Source: an uncultured delta proteobacterium (lineage in GTDB: Bacteria; Myxococcota_A; UBA9160; UBA4427). Taken from it: a stretch of 64,000 nt of DNA. Positions within the stretch are counted from its first letter, which is position 1; each line of letters opens with the position of its first letter. The stretch is taken from positions 640,001-704,000 of the forward strand of contig CAWGJT010000006.1 in NCBI GenBank assembly GCA_963822965.1, given 5' to 3'. Shown piece after piece: positions 58,062-64,000 of the stretch. The notes beneath the pieces were generated by a model. The model did not search any database. It was not told the DNA's origin and was given only the letters and a program-made list of their open reading frames with translations. The translations under genes were made by a program, and so were the position numbers.

Positions 58062-59309
58062 TTGCGATTTGGCGTCTTCTACGAGCTGCAGCTCCCCAAG
58101 CCCTGGCACGAAGGTGACGAGCACCGCCTCTTCCACGAGGCCCTCGACCAGGTCGTGCTCGCCGACCGCCTGGGCTTCGACCACGCCTGGGAGGTCGAGC
58201 ACCACTTCCTCGACGAGTACTCGCACTCGTCCGCGCCCGAGGTGTTCCTGGCCTGCGCGGCGGCCCGCACCTCCCGCATCCGGCTGGGCCACGGCATCCG
58301 CCAGGTGATCCCGAACTACAACCACCCGGCGCGCACCGCCGAAGGCCTGGCCACCCTCGACCTGCTCTCGAACGGCCGCGTCGACTTCGGCATCGGCGAG
58401 GGGGCCACGCGCCTCGAGCTCGGCGGCTTCGGCATCCCCGCGAAGGAGAAGCGCGCGATGGCGCTCGAGGCGGCCGAGCAGATCGCCAACATGATGGTGC
58501 TCGACCCCTACCCGGGCTTCGAAGGCCGCGGCTTCTCCATGCCCTGCCGCAACGTGCTCCCGAAGCCGCTGCAGAAGCCCCACCCGCCCATGTGGATGGC
58601 CTGCACGAATCGCGACACGATCCGCGTGGCGGCGCGCAACGGCCTCGGCGCCCTGGCCTTCTCCTTCGTCGACCCGGAGGAGGCCAAGGCCTGGGCGCAG
58701 GTCTACTACGACATCATCCGCTCGGACGAGTGCGTGCCGCTGGGCCACAGCGTGAACGCGAACATCGCCATGGTCTCGAGCTTCTCGCTGCACCACGACC
58801 GCGCCGAGGCGATCCGCCGCGGCCAGGAGGGCTTCGAGTTCTTCGGCTACGCGCTGCGCGCGCTCGTCGCCCACGACACGGTGCCCGGCCGCACGCAGCT
58901 GTGGCAGGAGTTTCGCGAAGGGCGCGGCGAGCGCACCGCAGAGATCGTCGCGGCCTCGAAGGACCCCGCCTACCAGCCCGGCGGCATCGGCACGCCCGAC
59001 GACATGCGCGCCCACCTGCACGAGTTCCAGGAGGCGGGCGTCGACCAGATCATCTTCATGCAGCAGGCCGGCCGGAACCGGCACGAGCACATCTGCGAAT
59101 CGCTCGAGCTCTTCGCCCGCGAGGTGATGGAGCCCTTCGCCGCCGAGGCCGAGGAGCGCGAGCGGAAGAAGGCCGAAGAGCTCGCGCCCTACGTCGAGGC
59201 GGCGCTGGCCCGCAAGCAGTGGATGCAGCCGCTGGCCGACGACGAGATCCCGGTGGTGCGGGCTTCGGTCAAGCAGGTCGAGGTGAACCGGGACAGCGCG
59301 CGTGGCTGA
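58062..59309 (+). CDS. LLM-class (luciferase-like) flavin-dependent oxidoreductase
   Basis: RFGVFYE...WEVEHHF...RIRLGHG...DLLSNGRVDFG...PKPLQKPHPP. Confidence 0.92.
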   Translation: MRFGVFYELQLPKPWHEGDEHRLFHEALDQVVLADRLGFDHAWEVEHHFLDEYSHSSAPEVFLACAAARTSRIRLGHGIRQVIPNYNHPARTAEGLATLDLLSNGRVDFGIGEGATRLELGGFGIPAKEKRAMALEAAEQIANMMVLDPYPGFEGRGFSMPCRNVLPKPLQKPHPPMWMACTNRDTIRVAARNGLGALAFSFVDPEEAKAWAQVYYDIIRSDECVPLGHSVNANIAMVSSFSLHHDRAEAIRRGQEGFEFFGYALRALVAHDTVPGRTQLWQEFREGRGERTAEIVAASKDPAYQPGGIGTPDDMRAHLHEFQEAGVDQIIFMQQAGRNRHEHICESLELFAREVMEPFAAEAEERERKKAEELAPYVEAALARKQWMQPLADDEIPVVRASVKQVEVNRDSARG

Positions 59310-59330
59310 CGGGACGCAGCCAGGGACGGG

Positions 59331-59981
59331 CTACAGCCCCTGCTTCCAGTGGTTCCAGTAGGTGATGTGCTCCGGCGGGCGCCGCTCGGCGGGCTTGAAG
59401 TCGTCTCCCTTCGTGTACGCCACGGGCAGCAGCGCCACCTGGGTGACGTCGTCCGGGATGCCGAAGAGCTTGGCGGCCTCGTCCGCGAAGGCCAGGTGGA
59501 AGCTCGTGATGACGCTGCCGAGGCCGCGGGCGCGCAGCGCGAGCTGGAAGCTCCAGACCGCCGGAAAGATCGAGCCCCAGAAGCCGGCCTGCATGGCGGT
59601 GGGCGTGCTGGGCGAGAGCTTGCCCTTGATGCACGGGATGACGTGGACGGGCACGTCCTGCAGGTGCTCGGCCAGGTACTGGGCCGAGGTGAGGACGCGC
59701 GCGGTCTGCTCGTGGCCCGAGGCCTTCGCCTGCTCGGCGCCGGCGGCGAGGTAGTCGCCGCTGGCCTTGCGGTACCAGTCCGCCAGCTGCTGGCGCTTCG
59801 CGGCGTCGGTCACCACCAGCCAGCGCCAGCCCTGCTGGTTCGAGCCGGTGGGGGCCTGCTGGGAGAGCGCGATGCAGCGGTGGATGATTTCGGGCGGCAC
59901 GGCGCGCTCGAGGTCGAGGCGCTTGCGGACGGCGCGGGTGGTGGAGAGGAGGCGGTCGGTCTCGTCGAGGTCGAAGGGCAT
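59331..59981 (-). CDS. Nitroreductase family protein
   Basis: TTRAVRKRLD...APTGSNQQGW...WSFQLALRARGLG. Confidence 0.9.
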   Translation of the reverse strand: MPFDLDETDRLLSTTRAVRKRLDLERAVPPEIIHRCIALSQQAPTGSNQQGWRWLVVTDAAKRQQLADWYRKASGDYLAAGAEQAKASGHEQTARVLTSAQYLAEHLQDVPVHVIPCIKGKLSPSTPTAMQAGFWGSIFPAVWSFQLALRARGLGSVITSFHLAFADEAAKLFGIPDDVTQVALLPVAYTKGDDFKPAERRPPEHITYWNHWKQGL

Positions 59982-60014
59982 GCGACAAGCTTACCCTGCA
60001 GCCGTACTCCCGCT

Positions 60015-60274
60015 CTAGTCCCGCCGTCCGCCGCCCAGCAGCCCGAGCTGCATCGCCCAGTAAAGCAGCGTCATCAGCGAGGTCGCGAAGGCGGCCACGT
60101 AGGTGAGCGCCGCCGCGTCCAGCACGGACTTCGCTCCCTTGTACTCGTCGTCCGTCACGTAGCGGCCCTGCAGGCAGGCGAGCGCTCGCTTGCTGGCGTC
60201 GAACTCCACGGGCAGGGTCACCAGGGTGAAGACGGTGGTGGTGGCGAAGAGGCCGATGCCGATCCACGCGAGGG
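60015..60274 (-). pseudogene. 3' fragment of a YugP-like neutral zinc metallopeptidase (Zn_peptidase_2)
   Basis: LAWIGIGLF...LVTLPVEFDASKRA...VLDAAALTYVAA; the HExxH half is missing; broken at the repeat. Confidence 0.8.
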
Positions 60275-60358
60275 GAGCATAGGGCGGATGAGCCGGGTTT
60301 CCGCCTCAGGTCCGGGTAGGGACGTTATGTCAATCCCCCAGAGGGGCCCGGCGGCGGG
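60275..60358. repeat. 84-bp direct repeat, copy 2
   Basis: Identical to 51887-51970. Confidence 0.95.
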
Positions 60359-60417
60359 CAGCGGCATATGGAGGACGCTCTGGCTCGAGCCCGGCGGCGC
60401 GCCGTTCCCGCGCGCCC

Positions 60418-61515
60418 TCAATCGAGCTCGTCGAGCAACTCCCCCGCCGCCGAGACGAGCGCGGGGATCCGCGCGGCGATGATCTCCATGCGCGGGTCCT
60501 GGCTGTCGCCCACCACCCAGCGGTGATGGAGCTGCTGCACGACGGTCGCCGTCTTCCACTGGGCGAAGGCGTCGTACCAGCCCACGCGGGAGACGTCGAG
60601 ACCGGTCCGCGCGGCGTAGATCTCGGTCACCTCGGCGCGGGTCGGCAGCCCCATGCGCTCCATGCCCACGTGGCTGCCGCGCGAGTGCTCGCCGTCCGAC
60701 GGATCGGGCCAGTAGTTGAGCAGCGTCCCGAGGTCGATCAGCGGATCGCCCAGGGTCGTCATGTCCCAATCGAAGAAGGCGATCACGCGGTCGGGGTCCC
60801 GGGGCTCGAACATGCAGTTGTCGAGCTTCAGGTCGTTGTGGACGATCGACACGCGTTGCGGTGCGGGGAGCGACTCCGCGAGCCGTGCGTGCAGCGCGCA
60901 CATGGCGTCGTCGTGCTGCGGGTCGGCCACCAGGTCCCAGCGCTTCTTCCAGCCCTTCACCTGGCGTTCGACGAAGCCGTCGGGGTGGCCGAGGTCTTCG
61001 AGCCCGCAGGCCGTGGGGTCGAGCAGGTGGAACTCGGCAATGGCTTCGACCAGCGCCGTTCCGATGCGGCGACCCACATCGGGATGGCCGCGCATGCTGG
61101 CCGGAATCAGCCCCCGGATGACCTCGCCCCGGCGGCGCTCCATCACGAAGAAGTCGGCCCCCGCGACCGCTGGATCGTCGCAGAACAGGAAGGCCCGCGG
61201 TGCGCGGTCGAAGTGACGCCAGAGGCGCGACAACACCTTGTACTCGCGCTTCATGTCGTGAGCCCCGGGCGCGAGCGTTCCAAACGGAGGCCGCCGCAGC
61301 ACCAGCTCGCGCTCGCCGAAGCGGATCAGGTAGGTGAGGTTCGCGGCGCCGTTCGGAAACTGGAGCACCTCGAAGGGGCCCGAGACATGGAGATCGGCCG
61401 GGAGCTCGGTCCGCAGATAGGTCTCGATGCGCTTCCAGTCGAGATCCTCGCCCGGGCGAACGGGAGCCACCTCCGGCGCGATCTCGGGCTCGTCTCGAAC
61501 GGCGTCCGTCGTCAT
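60418..61515 (-). CDS. Phosphotransferase family protein (APH / ACAD10-like)
   Basis: GAANLTY, LRRPP, AHDMKRE, HNDLKLDN, DWDMTTLGDPLIDLG. Confidence 0.9.
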   Translation of the reverse strand: MTTDAVRDEPEIAPEVAPVRPGEDLDWKRIETYLRTELPADLHVSGPFEVLQFPNGAANLTYLIRFGERELVLRRPPFGTLAPGAHDMKREYKVLSRLWRHFDRAPRAFLFCDDPAVAGADFFVMERRRGEVIRGLIPASMRGHPDVGRRIGTALVEAIAEFHLLDPTACGLEDLGHPDGFVERQVKGWKKRWDLVADPQHDDAMCALHARLAESLPAPQRVSIVHNDLKLDNCMFEPRDPDRVIAFFDWDMTTLGDPLIDLGTLLNYWPDPSDGEHSRGSHVGMERMGLPTRAEVTEIYAARTGLDVSRVGWYDAFAQWKTATVVQQLHHRWVVGDSQDPRMEIIAARIPALVSAAGELLDELD

Positions 61516-61788
61516 GGCCGCTCGATCGTAGTCGAGGTCGCGGGCGCGGCACCGTGCCCAGGCCCTTCCGTCCCAGGGCCGCACGAGCGCCGCTCATCGC
61601 AGAGGTGTCCCGCACTTGCTCAGCGAACGCCCGCTGCGGCGCCCTCCGCCAGGAACCCGGCCACCAGCTGCATCACACGCGGGTCGAGATCGGGGCCGCT
61701 GGCATCCGGGGCGTCCTTCCCGCACCGTCACTCTCGGACGGGAGGCGGATGCCTTGCGGTGCATCGATTCGGAAGCAGGGGGATTGGG

Positions 61789-62151
61789 ATGAAGACTCGC
61801 AACAGGATCCATGGGCCCGTCGTGCTCGCGCTGCTGGCCGTCGCTTCCGCCGGCGCCTGCGCGGATTCGCTGGCGAGACACGAGTCGTACATCCGGCGGG
61901 GAATCCTCATCCGGGGGCTGCACCGTGAGGCATTCCTCGAGGAGTGGGGCCCCCCGACGAGAACCTCGGTGATGACCGTCGAGGAGGCGGCCGAAGGACC
62001 GCCGCCGGTCGCCGGAGCGATGCCCGAACGCCGCAAGGCCTATGACGTGTGGGAGTACTCCGACCCCGCGGTCACCCTGGTCTTCAGCGGCACGAGGCTC
62101 AGCTCGTGGAAGACGGACCTGACCGTCCAGGAGCTCCGGAGGAGCCCGTAG
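61789..62151 (+). CDS. Putative small lipoprotein
   Basis: Lipobox AGAC; WGPP...VWEY resembles SmpA/OmlA-like domains. Confidence 0.6.
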   Translation: MKTRNRIHGPVVLALLAVASAGACADSLARHESYIRRGILIRGLHREAFLEEWGPPTRTSVMTVEEAAEGPPPVAGAMPERRKAYDVWEYSDPAVTLVFSGTRLSSWKTDLTVQELRRSP

Positions 62152-62311
62152 GAGCCTGACTCAAGACACCTCGCGCCGCCCTGACGCCGATGCATCGCCG
62201 CTGGCTGCGTTGCGCTGCGTCGCCGTAGGCCGCGCTACGGCCTCCTCACGCGCCTTGCCACCGGCGCGCCTCGACGCCAGGGCTTTCCACGGGAGTCTTG
62301 CGTCAGGCTCC
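62151..62311. mobile_element. MITE (161 bp) with 17-bp terminal inverted repeats and TA flanks
   Basis: GGAGCCTGACTCAAGAC ... GTCTTGCGTCAGGCTCC (1 mismatch); TA at 62149-62150 and 62312-62313; no ORF. Confidence 0.85.
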
Positions 62312-62344
62312 TAGCAGGCAAGCGGGGCTGTCGGAATCCGGTGA

Positions 62345-63247
62345 CTATGCGCGATGGCGCCGGCGCGCCAGCCCGGCGGCCCCGCAGGCCAGCAGCCCGG
62401 CGGCGACACCGATGCCCGGTCCCGGCAGCTGGGAAGGCCGGACGGTCGCCGAGGCGCCTGCGCCCACCAACGCGTAGCCCCCCTGGATGGCCGTCATGTG
62501 GACCGCATCGGTCGGACTCTGCCACGCAGACGACGGTCGGAAGCTGAGGCCTCCGTCGAGGCTGTAGGCAAACGAGAGGGAGTTGCTGGCGTCGGCGAAG
62601 TCGACCTCGAGGACGATCGGGCCCGTCACCTCGGCGGGGTCGAAGGGATCGCAGGCGAACCAGGTGGCGAAGGCCTCCGTGTACACCATCGAGACCCGCG
62701 GGCCCACGTCCTGGCAGGTCGCGGCGGCGAGGTCACCCGCGTAGTCGGATGCGATCACCGACAGATTCAGGGCGGCGGTGCCGCTGCCCTGCACGAGCAG
62801 GTAGGTGAAGAGCTGCCGGTCGTAGTCGCGGCCGGTCACCTCGGGAAGCGGTCCCGTCCAGCTGGTGCGGAACACGCCGTCTCCGCCTCCATCGAAGAAG
62901 CCGTGCATCGACGGCCCGGGGCTCAGCAGGACGACGTCCCGGTAGCCCGTCGCGTACTCGATGAGAGAAGACGCCGTGTATTCGAAGGCCTGTGCGCCAT
63001 CGCCCGTCTTCAGTCGCAGCACGCCCGGATCCTCGCTGGTGGTGCCGTACAGGTCGAAGAAGTCGGAGGTCGGCGGCAGGTCGCGTTCTCCGTCGGAGAA
63101 GTCGTCGACAAAGCTGCTGGTCCCCGCGAGCTCGGCGCGCGTGAGCTCGAAGTCGAAGCTCTGCGCCTGAGCCGAGCCCGAGAGCCCCAGCAGCAGCGTC
63201 GCCAGCCACCCCGCCGGTCGCATGCTGCCCCGTACTGCGTTCGGCAT
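62345..63247 (-). CDS. Secreted protein with C-terminal sorting-type tail
   Basis: Signal peptide ending AQA; acidic mature part; LPGPG-TM-RRRHR C-terminus. Confidence 0.7.
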   Translation of the reverse strand: MPNAVRGSMRPAGWLATLLLGLSGSAQAQSFDFELTRAELAGTSSFVDDFSDGERDLPPTSDFFDLYGTTSEDPGVLRLKTGDGAQAFEYTASSLIEYATGYRDVVLLSPGPSMHGFFDGGGDGVFRTSWTGPLPEVTGRDYDRQLFTYLLVQGSGTAALNLSVIASDYAGDLAAATCQDVGPRVSMVYTEAFATWFACDPFDPAEVTGPIVLEVDFADASNSLSFAYSLDGGLSFRPSSAWQSPTDAVHMTAIQGGYALVGAGASATVRPSQLPGPGIGVAAGLLACGAAGLARRRHRA

Positions 63248-63413
63248 CGCGCTCCTCCGCGTCCCGTGCTGTTTCGCTCTGGAAGAAGGCCCCGCTCCGC
63301 CACATTCGTGTGATAGTCTATCACGAGCGGCACCCGCCTCGCGAGATCCGGGGCGACGGCGAGTGACGAGGACTGGCATTGGCACCGGGTGGCGGGCCTG
63401 CGCGAGGTAGCCC

Positions 63414-64000
63414 GTGAGAAGAATCGCCGTCGTCGGCCTCACATGCGCTCTGCTCGTGCCCCTCTCGTCCATCGGCTGTACGACCCGGTACGGTCCTTCG
63501 GACGGTGTGCGGGCGCCCGCCCCGCCACTGGCCCCAGCAGCGCCCTTCGGACCGGTGACCGTCGCCTGGACCGAGCGCCTGCTGCAGCTCGCGCGGCGTT
63601 GCCTTCCCGCGAAGACGCAGCTGGCGCTGATGGTGAGCCTCGAGCACTTCACCGCCGTGTTCGCGGACCTGCTCCTCGGCCAGCCGCGCTTCACGCACGG
63701 GATGCATCCTGAGGTGCGCGAGCTGTGGCTGTGGCACGCCGTCGAGGAAACAGAGCACAAGGCCGTCGCCTTCGGCGTGTACCAGGCGGTGTGCGGCAGC
63801 TACTGGCTGCGGATCCTGATGATGACGCGCACCCTCGTGGGCTTCCCGCTCGGAATCGCGTTCTTCCAGCTGCTGCTTCTGTGGCGGGACCGGACACTCT
63901 TCGATCCGGCCGACCTCTGGCGCGGGCTGCGCTTCGTGTGGGGCCGAGGCGGCCTGGTGCGATCAGTCCTGCCCCAGCTGCTGCGCTTCTATCGACGCGA
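63414..64000 (+). CDS. Apparent chimera: lipoprotein leader fused to the C-terminal half of a predicted metal-dependent hydrolase; runs off the window
   Basis: VRRIAVVGLTCALLVPLSSIGC..., then SLEHFTAV...WLWHAVEETEHKAVAF in the same frame. Confidence 0.6.
   Translation, partial: MRRIAVVGLTCALLVPLSSIGCTTRYGPSDGVRAPAPPLAPAAPFGPVTVAWTERLLQLARRCLPAKTQLALMVSLEHFTAVFADLLLGQPRFTHGMHPEVRELWLWHAVEETEHKAVAFGVYQAVCGSYWLRILMMTRTLVGFPLGIAFFQLLLLWRDRTLFDPADLWRGLRFVWGRGGLVRSVLPQLLRFYRR

Overview
GC-rich bacterial chromosomal segment (roughly 70% GC by eye). The gene content (many lipid/aromatic oxidoreductases, lipoproteins, PEP-CTERM/IPTL-CTERM-type tails, an HpnN-like RND transporter) suggests a Myxococcota-like or related deltaproteobacterial lineage; this is inference only. 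1-49.6 kb is mostly housekeeping and metabolic: acyl-CoA ligase, ycaQ-tag-MMPL, DsbD, Sel1-gloA, topA, a caspase/ankyrin lipoprotein pair, purL-purB, a histidine kinase and a GGDEF protein. purL-purB carry many single-base frameshifts that look like sequencing error. From about 49.7 kb the window becomes a mosaic of gene fragments. These include a truncated CBASS-type CD-NTase joined in frame to a DUF499 ATPase C-terminal fragment, a PEP-CTERM remnant, a secreted protein whose ATG is followed directly by TAA, a truncated Zn-metallopeptidase and a lipoprotein::hydrolase chimera. The most notable structure is a perfect 84-bp direct repeat (51887-51970 and 60275-60358). It contains a dif-like XerC/XerD site and a hairpin-bearing ...CCTATGCT end, and a gene is broken exactly at that end in both copies. 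No transposase or integrase is present in the window. Also present are a 161-bp MITE, a REP-like triple hairpin and several short tandem repeats. No rRNA, tRNA or CRISPR array was recognised.
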